A stretch of 54,503 nt of DNA, filler included, from Trypethelium eluteriae (Eukaryota), in assembly GCA_051942245.1 (NCBI GenBank). It is 3 parts of 3 records of this genome, joined end to end, with 100 filler letters (N's around TTAATTAATTAA, not from the genome) between each part and the next. Parts side by side here need not be neighbours in the genome. Positions count along the whole stretch, not along the records: positions 1 to 18,238 come from JAVECL010000571.1; 2 more parts are not named here. One strand, given 5' to 3'. The translations under genes were made by a program, and so were the position numbers. The notes beneath the pieces were generated by a model. It was not told the origin of the DNA, did not search any database, and saw only the letters and a program-made list of their open reading frames with translations. Positions 1 through 11,139 of this stretch are shown here, piece by piece. Position 1 is the first letter of the stretch. Each line of letters begins with the position of its first letter.

Positions 1-360
1 GCCTCCATGCCCAAGGCGTAGAGCGGCTCCACCACTGCTGAGTAGAAGGATAGAGTAGGTGGTTCGCAAAAAGATATGGGGAGGATTGTACCATTGTCGC
101 TGAAATAGCCATGTCCATGTACGTAATCCCTGGTCGGCGGAGGCCGGTAGAGGCCGGTAGGGGTTCGCCAAATTTTCGGGATAAGGAGTTTTAGGGGCCC
201 ATACTGTTGGGTCCAAATGGTACTAAAGTACTTGTACTTCGATTTTCACTATCTACATTTAAATACTACATCCGTTCGAAGAGTATACGATAGTTCCTCT
301 GTCCAACCTGGATATTATGTACAGCGGTGAATTAAGGACACACTGTAGTCTTCCAAACGT

Positions 361-2042
361 TTATATCCCTAGACGCTGTACCTCCGATTTGGTAGTTTCT
401 GTACCGTTAACAACAGCAGCAACTTGCACATATCTGGCATCGGCATCGACATTGAACTTTGTTTCAAAGCCTTTGAAGCCAACATCTCCAGCTTTCGTCA
501 GGTTCCCGCTTGAACTGCCTTCATAGACAGCCCACGCAGTAACATCAGTTGCGCCATTCCAGCTCACATACCCGTATGCGGCCGGACAGTCAGTCGCATT
601 ATTCTTCTCCACCACTAGGCTTGGTTTGCCAGTTGGATTTCCGTGCCAGATTTGCTTGTATCCACGATACAGTTGGACGAGGTTGTCGCCTCCAACCCTC
701 CCAGTCCATCTAACGTCAGCACCGCTAGTATCGGGACCGAACTCCTTCATTACGGGGATTTCGCCATAGGTGATAAATCCATTGCCCGTCCCATATAAAT
801 CAACCTCGTAGGAACCTTGGGAATCGACATAAAGATTGTCTTTAGCATCCACCAAGTGCCGGATCGTCTGAACACTTGCGCTGGACAAGTTCGATGGTGG
901 AAGTGGAAGTAGCAACTCAAGGCCAACTGTCGGATTCGTTCCATTGTCGAAAGCTTGGTTGTTGTTGTTAAACCACGATATGGATACAGAGGAATTGCTA
1001 ACGTTATGAGGGCGAGAATGATGCTGCCAGCGCTAGACCCATACCGTTAGTCGCGATAACATCGTAAGAATAGCTTGGTTGCATCTAGCGAGGAGAAACC
1101 TACGAAGTGAGCATCTTCTGGAAGAAGGCCAAAGTCTCCACCGGTATCACCATTAATAGTCCAGATGATATTGCCCTTTGAGTCTACTAGGTACGTTTCC
1201 CATGTATGCCGACCATTTACAAGATAATTATCCCCAATGTTGACGACCGAGTTGATATGAAACCAATCGAATGGGAAAGATTCGTTCGCGCCAGCTCCAT
1301 TCCGAGGTTGATGTGTGTGAGTGATAGGAACGTGATCTTGCGCGCTCCACGTGAAAAGTACATCATTTGTTTTGGGATCCACTTCCAAGAAAAGGCAGTC
1401 GAAGCCCCAGCCATGCACTGGACCGCCAATAGGAGACAGATCTATCGGAGTGGCGTTATACACACTAACAAGCATAGTGTTACGATCCGTTAGGAAAGAT
1501 TCGTGAATGTCGACAATGCAATCAAACGTCTGATTGCCAGGAATATTCAGCTCAACATGTGGGCAGACTGTGGCAATGACATTATACGAAGTATCCAGGA
1601 TTGTTACATTTCCGTAGCCATGACCAACATTGCCGCCTGCTGTACTCAGACCTGACCAATAGTGAAGGACTTGTTGGTTTTCGTATGTCTGGACAAAAAG
1701 GTTCGTGGCATTCAGGATAGGACCATTCCAGACAAGCTCCCCAGTATCAGTCATAATCAGTGGCGCCGGTGCCTTGATTGCGGGGACGGCGGAAAAGTCG
1801 CTTTGAGTGGTCACAATGTATCCCGGTGCCAATGGCTTACCATTGGTCGTGATATCCATGACTGGTGGAGTGAACGACGATGACTTATAAATTTGCCATG
1901 GCCAAACTGTTGACCCATTGCCTCCGACTTCATTATGGGCAACACCAGGTCCTGGGCCAGGATTCTCATTACATTCGGTGGACTCGACGAGAAATGGAAG
2001 GAGAAGAAAAACGCCAAGTACTGCGCGAACAGTGAAGGACAT
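361..2042 (-). CDS. Secreted ASST-domain (arylsulfotransferase-like) protein; 2 exons (2042-1104, 1032-361)
   Basis: Signal peptide MSFTVRAVLGVFLLLPFLVES. Family motifs DIHES, DWFHINSV, YLVNGRHT, QLYRGYKQIWHGNP and YVSWNGATDV. Removing the GTAGGT..CTAG intron joins HF|RWQHHSR in frame with ORF 361..915. Confidence 0.85.
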
Positions 2043-2781
2043 TGTCCCAACTCCGTTGGTACAATACTTTTCGTAGCTCAACGTTGATTAAGGGGGATAT
2101 CCTGTGGGATTGATAGAAATGGAAAAGCCAAGGCAGACGATTAATTGACAGGAGACTGGAGGATAACAAATGAATTGTCGGTGGGAGTTGCCGTGCTGGA
2201 AAAAAACTCCTGGGCCCTGAACTTCCAGCTTTTCACATATCACAGGGGTGCTGCACGGGAGCTGATGAGGATCAGAATAGGAACGAACCTCACAGTTTAA
2301 TGGAAAGCGAAGCTTGCCCACTTCTCAGGCTCGGCCTCCGTAGGAATCGTTGCTTACTCTCCAAGCTGAATTCCCGTGCACCCGTGCACCCGTGGGTTCC
2401 GCATGAACTACGTGCGTGGAGGAATGTGAGAACGTCATCTTGCCGAAAGAGACATCAGCAGGGAGGAGAGTTGACGGCGATCTTGACATTTTACGGAGTA
2501 GTCACTGTTGAACGGGGCCAATCTGTCAGTGGCTTGTCGATGCAATTTCGCTGCGATGCTGACGTGCTCACCTGGGGCGTCTCAGAAGATTGGGTGGTTG
2601 CAAAAGGCATCACCCTTGGTGGACGAGCGACATCCGGGCGCCCATTGGCGCCATCAGACGTAGCACGTATGTATTTCATGCGTTGGTAATTTAAAAAGCC
2701 TGTAGACACGGGAGAGTGATGAACACAACGTGCTAGAGGTATCGAATCAAAGGATGTGCAACGCCGGAAGAAAACTGCCCG

Positions 2782-2791
2782 ATGACACCAT
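2782..2791. promoter_or_regulatory. Candidate CYS-3/MetR-type bZIP sulfur-regulon site ATGACACCAT
   Basis: Exact match to ATGRYRYCAT, ~740 nt upstream of the ASST-like start codon. A near match, TTGGCGCCAT, lies at 2645-2654. Confidence 0.3.
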
Positions 2792-3816
2792 TTTCTCATC
2801 GGGAAGATCCGTCACCACGCCTACCTAAGGCATAAGGTATACAGTACTTGTGGTTGAATGGGTATTGCGATATCACCATTCTAAGAATTGAACGGAGTGG
2901 CCTTTTGTGTCTGTTCCTATCGATAGTCTAGTTCCTCTCATCCGTAGGTAGTCGGTGAGTTCCGACAGAAGGCGCTAAGCAAGGGGTCTAGCGATGGAGC
3001 CTCATAAGGTACCGTACCGCACTCTCGGGTTCACCTTAGACCGAACATCACAAGAATGTGATCCAATTTGCTGCCACGATCACAAAACAATTCCTTGACT
3101 GCTCTCAAGGTGTCATATCTTCTAGATGTACCATTTCCTCTCTCACTTTCTGCACTTCCAATGTCGTCTCGAGAAGACTTAGAAATTCTACAACAAGGCT
3201 TTCCACTTTTGGTTATCCTTCGTACTTATGAAGTTGTACGAAGATCGTTCCTACACTATCAAAGTATGCCGCGTGATCATCAGCTCGGAGCCACGATCTG
3301 ATATGCTTCCACTTCGTAGAGAGACACCCCCACACTCGATGTGAGGTGCAGGGAAACTTCCAGCCGCCTCTAGCAGCTGAAGGATGACCACACCCCGGTT
3401 TTTTCATATTCAATCTCGTGCCAAGCAGTGATACTCAGAAAACTCTAGCGTCGGTAGCTCAATCACCCCGGAAGCGGACAAAACATGTTAGGCGAGGAGG
3501 TTGGCCCGTCAGGCAATTATACGGAACAGCTTCTGCCTCGCTGCGTGAGGCTCGCTACTTAGGTGATGAGTAGGTAGTTAGGGAAGCCCTAACTGTCAAG
3601 CCGGAAAGGGGGAGGCTGGGTGGTCACGACTTGTTGCTTATACTTAGCCGTGCAATATCTTTCTAAGTTCGTTGATTTTGCAATCCGAAAAGAGTATGCT
3701 GTTGAATCGTTTTTGATTGAACCCGATTGAGCACGAGCATATCTGGATACATACATTATTCTTTCATTAAGCTATCCAGCATCTTTTCAATTGTTTGGAA
3801 TCAAGCTGTTATTAGT

Positions 3817-5183
3817 ATGGAATGGGCGTTCGATCGAGAGCAGGCTATGGTAGGTCATCTTTGCTCCTTCCACATTGGCCAATCATCTTGGGTTGAGGCC
3901 GCCTGCTAAAGTATAAGAGCTGAATGGAAGAAGCTTGGATGAAATGATACAACCTTTAAATTAGAAAACTAATCCACTAACTTGTCGTGTCCATGTAATA
4001 GCTCATAGTCTGGTCTCTATTCCTCGCAGCTGTTATGAGCGTCGTGGCACGCCTTATCGCACGGCGTCGGATTTTTGGTCAATTCCTATTGGATGATTAT
4101 CTCGCTCTCTTCGCTCTCTTCTGCCTTTTGGCCGATGATCTCATCTTTACCATTGCCCTACCGGTCTTCGAAACAATTCAAAGTGTCTCCTACTATCATC
4201 ACAGGCCGCCTTCAAATTTCAAGCCAACAGTATTGAAATTTTTGAAAACGCAATGGGCCATAGCCTATATTTACTTCACTGGCCTCTGGGCTGTCAAAGC
4301 CGTTTTCCTTGTTTGCTACTGGAAGTTGACTGAAGACCTCAAAACTTTCCGCCGTGCCTGGTATATCTTGGTCGCCTTCGTTGTACTGACGTATATCGGA
4401 TGCTTGGTCGCATATCCCTTACTAAACTACGTCCAACATCGTAAGCAGGAACACCATAGTTCTTCCTCCCTCCAATCTACTCACACACCAGTCAGACCAT
4501 GTTGAATCCTTCAAGACTCTGAGCATCAAATACCAATTCGCTGCCGATCTATCCACGGACATCATGAGTAAGTCTCTGCCTTCTTCTCACCATCCTTGAC
4601 CCACATCAATCCCTCCAACCCCACTCAAACTGACCCTCATTAACCCCATTCAGTCGCCGCGCTTCCCATTACTCTCTTCCTCCGCGCCTCACTCACACCA
4701 GTCCGCCGCCTGAATCTCACCTTCCTCTCCGCCCTCTCTCTCCTTGCGACTTGCGTCGCCGTCGCGCGCTATGTCATCGACGCCCCAAACGGTCGCAACT
4801 ACGGTACCCTCTGGCTCACCGTGTGGAGTATGGTCGAGCTGTCAGTCGCGATCATGGTCGCGAGCTTGATCGTGGTGCGGAGCTTTGTGGCTCGGAAGCG
4901 GGAGGGCGGGAATGCTGGATATGGGAGTCCGGTACATAGCGAGGCGCGGATGATTTCGGCGTTTGAGTTCGAGGGCAAAGGGGTGAGAAAGATGCCGTGG
5001 TTGAGTGGGATGTGGAGGAGTAAAAAGGAGCCTTGGCCGAAACAGGAGGGTGTGTTGGAGAGGCCGAGAGGGGCAAAGCTGTCGAGGCTGTCCTCTTCAA
5101 AGTATCTGAGTGGAGGGTCGGATCTGTATCTTTATAGGGATACTCGTGGGGCCGACCTTCCTGAGGACCTCATATGGGCATAG
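3817..5183 (+). CDS. PTH11-like (fungal rhodopsin-domain) 7TM membrane protein; 4 exons (~3817-3849, 4002-4440, 4496-4567, 4654-5183)
   Basis: Motifs ARLIARRR..LDDYLALFAL, LWAVKAVFL, DLSTDIMIAALP and WSMVELSVAIMVASL are typical of PTH11-like proteins. Canonical splice sites keep the frame. Confidence 0.8.
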
Positions 5184-5635
5184 GGACTATATCATTGTTG
5201 AAGGCCGACGGCGTGCAAGCTTCTTATGGTATATTTCCAATGGGAGTAACGCTCAAGAAGTCCAGATAGGAAATTGCCGGTAGCAAAGAAAACTCTGAAA
5301 CTGAGTGTTATATCACACGTGTTCTCATTGATATAATTCAGTTATTGAACGAAGCATACCATTTCGATGGAATGGAATCTTCTCAGTTGACTCCGTGGTC
5401 TTTACGACAGAGCCACTAAAATGATCTCGCTAACTTCTTCGTGCCATGGCTGATCTGGAGAAATGGAAAGGCGAACGATGAAGCATAAACACAGTGCTCC
5501 CTTGCCTGCGTATTCGTACATAACGCTTGCAAACGTCAGATCCCCTACGCCAAGCTCTGTCCGCGAGCCAGGCGTGCTGCCCCCAAAGATTAGATAAGTG
5601 CCAGAAATAGAATGCGCCGCCCCCTGGATATCGTT

Positions 5636-6529
5636 TCATAGCTCCACAGCCGTAGCATCCACCGCAGTGAACCTCCTGTCGAATTCGGCAAATAATTTTG
5701 GACTAATCTCGTCGCTGCTGTTGCCTTGCACCCTCCACAAGACACCCTGGCTCTCGTAGTGATCAAGTAACGGCTGACTTGTCTCTTCGAACTTCTGCAG
5801 CCGGGCCTCCCAGACCTCTGGACTATCGTCCTCCCTTCTCACCAATGGCTCCCCAGTGATATCATCCTTTCCTTCGACTTTCGGGGCGTTGAATGTCGTG
5901 TTGTAGACACGCCCCGACGGCGGATGTACCCAGCGATTGCAGATGCGATCCATGATAATCTCGGCCGGCGTGGACAGATGCACGACAAGGTTGATGGGAA
6001 TCAAAGTGTCGAGCTGGGTTGCCTGCGCAGCAGTGCGAGGAAAGCCGTCGAGGATGAAGGAGGCACTCGGCGAATTTGAGTACGAGTACCGGCTTTCGGC
6101 AGGGAAGGGAGGCGTAATATAGGAGTCGGCTTCCGGGAGGGATGAAGCGCTCGACGACGAGTTGAGGACGAGAGGAGGAACGTGATCCTCGGGAGAGAGC
6201 CAGCCACGAGTGGTAAGCTCATTGAGGATTAGACGGAGAATGGTGCCGTCGGGGACAAGGCCACCGGTTTTGATGATGTTTTCGGCCTGGATACCTAGAA
6301 GCAAAGAAGCGACGGGTTAGCAATCGTCACATATTTGTACCAGCAGATGCATAGGAGAGTCTTGTTTACCGAGCGGGGTGCGGTTCCGAACATTATTTCG
6401 CAACAAATCGCCTGATGATAGCTGCGAGATTTGGGGATACCGCTTCATCAATCGGTCTGCTTGAGTGCCCTTGCCCACACCAGGTGCGCCTACCAAAATA
6501 AGACGGGCGGCTCTCGATAATTGAGCCAT
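5636..6529 (-). CDS. adk2: Mitochondrial GTP:AMP phosphotransferase / adenylate kinase (AK3/Adk2 type); exons 6529-6370, 6294-5636
   Basis: P-loop GAPGVGKGTQ, LSSGDLLR, FILDGFPRT and LID region RWVHPPSGRVYNTTFNAPKVEGKDDITGEPL. Confidence 0.92.
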
Positions 6530-7076
6530 ATTCTCGACTTTAAGATCTAGTGGGGAAATGCTGGAGCACCGGGTACAAAGGAAACGTGGGGTAGAAGTAG
6601 GAGGGTGACGTAGCCCAGACGGCCTGGATCGTAACTTGTACTACGGTATCATGATCGCGGGAAGTCGGAGGACTGGTAAGAGGAGTTGAAAATAATACAA
6701 GGAAAGGGACTGGTAGAGAGCGTTGAGTCGGGAGTTGCAGGCCAAGATAATTATGTACCGGATGGAGGTCTGCTGGGAAACCGGGCTCTGCCGACGTAAG
6801 ATTGCGGAGGAAGTCACTCAAACTCCGACGTCTCCCCCGATCCCGATTTCCGCGCCATGACAAGATACTAGACTGACTAAGACAGAAACTTGGCAACATT
6901 CCCATCGCCCCTTCCGTCTGTTAAAGGTGCCGTGGGTGCTCAGACATTTTTACTAACCCTTCATCACTCCCTCGAACTATGTCACCACCTGACTCTATTT
7001 GAGTCAACTTTAGTCCTTTGCTCTGACCGCTGATTCCTTCTTTCGACCCGTATAACTCGCCTACGATTTACTCGCC

Positions 7077-8808
7077 ATGTCGTCACTGAACCGCACTGCG
7101 ACAATCGTTTCGCCTCTGTTGCTTCGGGCTGGTCCCAGAGTCGTTCGGAGGGCACCGCGAACGCTTCCTAGACAACTTCCTGCTATCGCATTACTCATCC
7201 CAAATCGCCGGTATGCCACGGAGACGTCTACATCAGGAGATGCTGGAAATGGACCTCCTCCCGGCTTCAACATCGAGCAGGCGAGGAAGCCTCTTCCGAC
7301 CCAGCAAGACCAGCAGAAGTCTGCTGCTGCTGAAGCTACTTCGGACCAGGCTGCTTCGAAAGAGGATGTCAAGATTCCACCCCATCTGCCTACAGCTGAT
7401 GCTCCAACCAAAGCTGCGGAGGGTGCGACTCTCTCGGAGTTAGCGGCTGAAAAGGCCGCAGCTGACAAGGCGGACGAGAAGAAACTCGCGAAAAAGGCTG
7501 AGGAAAGGAAGAACCTCACCATAATGCAGAAGATTAAAAAGGAAGTCTTGCATTATTGGGATGGCACAAAGTTGTTGGCAACCGAAGTCAAGATCAGCAC
7601 GAAGCTCGCTTTCAAAATGGCCGCTGGGTATGAGCTTTCGCGAAGAGAGCACAGACAAGTCAGTCTTCGATTTGCAGCCCTTGACAATTTTGAACATGGC
7701 TGACCAATATCTAGTTGCACCGCACGGTTCAAGATCTGGGTCGACTTGTTCCATTCTCAGTCTTCGTCATCGTCCCTTTTGCTGAATTGCTTCTCCCTGT
7801 TGCACTGAGGTTGTTTCCAAATTTGCTTCCGAGCACCTACGAGACACAAAGATCGAAAGATGCCAAAATGACATCTCTCCGGGTGAATCGGAAAGAAGTT
7901 AGCAACTTCTTGCGCCAGACGTTAAAAGAGACTGGTTTGCCCGTGAGCGCGGCCAATGCTCAGAAAGAAGAGTTCACACAGTTCTTCCGCAAGGTATACT
8001 CTGAAGATTGATCAAAAGACCCCACCCGAGACTAACATCGTTCCAGGTTCGCACAACAGGCGAAAACCCTACCCAATCCGACGTCATCAAGGTCTGCAAA
8101 ATCTTCAAAGATGACCTCACGCTTGACAACCTCTCCCGACCCCAGCTAGTTGGAATTTGTCGCTACATGAACCTCAACACCTTCGGCACGGATGCGCTCC
8201 TTCGTTATCAAGTCCGGCATCACATGCGGCAAATTAAGCGAGACGACAAAGCTATCTTCTTGGAAGGTGTCAGCTCTCTCTCCGTTCCCGAACTCCAGAC
8301 TGCTAGCGCTGCACGCGGCCTTCGCACTCATGGCATGTCTCCAGGTCGTCTCCGTGACGACCTGCAAATGTGGCTTGACCTGCGTCTTAAATACGGGGTA
8401 CCCTCTACATTGCTTGTCCTCAGCAATGCCTTCATGTATGGTCAAGGAAAGGACACCGAATTTGGTAGCATGATCGACGCGCTGCAGGCTGTGTTGAGCA
8501 GCATCCCTGAGGAGCTATTCCATGAGATTGAGCTCGAGGTGCATAATGCGGAAGGCGCAGCGACCAATAAGCAGCGTCTAGAGGTGCTGAAGGAGCAGCA
8601 GGAGCTGATTGAGGAAGAGAATATGCAGGCAGAGGGTAATAAGAGCACGGGCAAGACAGAGGTTAAGGATGACCAGGATATTGATGAGAAAGAGGAACAA
8701 CGGATAGAACAGGCCAACCAGGAACAGGCCAGCCAGGCTAGGGCCGAACAAAATGACTCAATGAAAGCGGACTCTACTGCCTCGAAGGAGGAGAAAAAGA
8801 TGATGTGA
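7077..8808 (+). CDS. mdm38: LETM1/Mdm38 mitochondrial inner-membrane protein; exons 7077-7658, 7715-7993, 8047-8808
   Basis: Arg-rich presequence. Motifs HYWDGTKLL, RTVQDLGRLVPFSVFVIVPFAELLLPVALRLFPNLLPSTY and FKDDLTLDNLSRPQL. Confidence 0.93.
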
Positions 8809-8976
8809 GACGGGAGTTGGACTCGGGATTGGCTACTCAACTCTATAGACGGCATAGGATATATAGACTCACCGCTGCATGATGGATCAGCGTGTTCGGT
8901 TGCGTATGTAGTCAACCGACTAAATTTGTACATGTATGTACCAGATCAAGCACAGATTCGTTGCTTAACTTGGAAC

Positions 8977-10137
8977 TCAAAGTGTCGACCTCCACATTCC
9001 ATGCATCTCATCTAGCTTCTTCTCACTTCCTTCCACCCCATTCTCCCATCTCTTCAGTCTCTCTTCATTATAGAAGTCCGCCAACTCTTCTCTACTTTCA
9101 CCCACCCACTCCCCAACCTCCACTCCGTCTACGATCCCCGCATTCGCCGCCTCTCCGCCTAAGATCGGCTGCGCATGGACAGCATCCCCCACCATTAGGA
9201 TGCCCTGTTCACCCCATCGCCGCAGCTCGGAAGCAGGAGGAACGCGCACGCTCCGCATGAGCCAATGGAGGAGACGATCCTGACGCGCCTTCTCGGTGGC
9301 AAACACGTCAGCAAACGCTGGCTCTACGTTTCCACTCAAGCGGAGCTGGCCGAGCTCCTCAAAAAATGCCTCTGGAATCTCTCTCGCAGCGTCAGGACTG
9401 CGGTCGGCTCGGTGCAGTGGGTCGGTCTTGTCAGTGTAGGCGGGGCGGGAGTATGTCCAGCTGAGACTCGCGGTCCCATCGTCGTGGATCTCGTTCAGCG
9501 CGATCTGTAGGTGGATGTTACTTGCACCTGATGGCCTCGTTTCAATGATGCTGCTGCCTGCGTTTTCGAACGCTGGGCGAAAGACTGATCCGAATGTGGA
9601 GCTGGGGACTTGATGTTTTCCGTTTATGACCGCGAATGGAAGGATGTGTGGGATGGAGTTGGGAAGAAGGGCTGTGCGAACGGTGGAGTGCACGCCATCA
9701 GCCGCGATGAGGATGTCGGTGGTTGTGTGCGTAGTGTCCGGGGTTGCGAAGATGAGAGAGATACCAGTAGGTGTGGGCTTGATGTTCTCGAGTTTGTGGT
9801 TCCAACGGATATCGAGATCCTCACGAAGGAGGTACTCTAGTCGAGCTCGCTGGGCGCGGACGGAGGCCTGTTCTTGGGTTGCGGTGGTTTTAGAATGGAT
9901 TGGTCTCGAGATGTCAGTGGAGAGCTTATCGTGGAAAGTGAATTCATCCACTTCCAGCAGGGGTAAAAGATGCTGATAGGCCCATCGATAGAGCGTGATT
10001 CCATATGCGTTCCGATGTGAAGGAGGCGGTGGATGTTTGTCGTATATTGTCGCCCTAATTCCTCTTTTAAGGAGGACGCGGCCAGCAGTGAGACCAGAAA
10101 TTCCTGCTCCAATTATAGTGATAGATGGCTGTGGCAT
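8977..10137 (-). CDS. FAD-dependent monooxygenase (class A flavoprotein, FAD_binding_3-like), intronless
   Basis: GxGxxG (IIGAGISGL), DG motif (IAADGVHSTVR) and GD motif (VGDAVHAQPILGGEAANAGI). Confidence 0.88.
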   Translation of the reverse strand: MPQPSITIIGAGISGLTAGRVLLKRGIRATIYDKHPPPPSHRNAYGITLYRWAYQHLLPLLEVDEFTFHDKLSTDISRPIHSKTTATQEQASVRAQRARLEYLLREDLDIRWNHKLENIKPTPTGISLIFATPDTTHTTTDILIAADGVHSTVRTALLPNSIPHILPFAVINGKHQVPSSTFGSVFRPAFENAGSSIIETRPSGASNIHLQIALNEIHDDGTASLSWTYSRPAYTDKTDPLHRADRSPDAAREIPEAFFEELGQLRLSGNVEPAFADVFATEKARQDRLLHWLMRSVRVPPASELRRWGEQGILMVGDAVHAQPILGGEAANAGIVDGVEVGEWVGESREELADFYNEERLKRWENGVEGSEKKLDEMHGMWRSTL

Positions 10138-11139
10138 TGGAGAAGACGAGGAAGATGAATTTCAAGAAGTGAGAAGATCTAACCAATTCCAAGGAATGGT
10201 CAATCAGAGTCTGGGCTATGTGATCTTTCTATGAGGATATGAAAGGGACCTGATAAACATGGTAAGATAAAGCGATGATTTACAGCACTATACCTGAACA
10301 TCGAACAAGAGTTGAAGCATCAACAATGTACCTAGTGTCCGACAGCTACGATTAGTTGGGGTCACAGAAAATATCACTCCCATTCGTCTTTGTTAATCTC
10401 GAGGCAAGATGTATGATGTCGTTTGGACAAAAAGGTTGGCTCGTTTGGCGTCCCGAAATCCGGGAAAGTTTTGGCTGCACAACTGCACATGTACATCATG
10501 TCCCAGCTGCAGTCGACATGCATAGGCTCGGGCCAGCACGAGCTCTACGCGCCCTCCTCTCAAGCAGCCGGAAGTTGCAGGAGATAAGAATTTTTCGGAG
10601 GTTTGTCCAGTCAGCCTCAAAAAGAGAGGCGCCCAATGTGTGATCTGTAAGGGAGCCCCTGTCTGCGACAGTTTCACCCCGTTGCCGGCGATCATGCAGT
10701 CGGCCCCGGAAATAGATGGCCAAAGAGGTCAGCAAATTTAACAAATATAGGTCTGACAAGGTAGGATTCTCCTTGTATATTTTCTCTCTTTCTTCCCTGA
10801 ACCTCATGTCCTTTCGTCACTGTATCCGAACTTCGGCATTGGTCGGCTTGCGTCCTATCCAGTGACGTGGCGTTGGATATGCGGTATGCATAAACTCTCA
10901 CCCCGGATCATTTCAACGTCAAAGACGCGGTGAGACCCTAAAACAGACGGCTTTGGTCGGCCTTGGTTCCTCTTGGATGGATTTGTGTGTCATTGCGCAA
11001 TTGGTGGTTATCAACCTGGCCGTGGATCACTAGCTACAACGTCATTTCGTGCATGACCTCCAAAATCTTCAAGATACTGCTGCTCGTATCCGACTGAAAA
11101 CGGTATCTCGACTTTGACTCTCCAGTTTGTGGCAAAGAC

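Noticed and set aside
1..120. Possible start of a minus-strand gene at the left edge
   Set aside because: Open frames exist, but the stretch is too short and has no recognisable motif.
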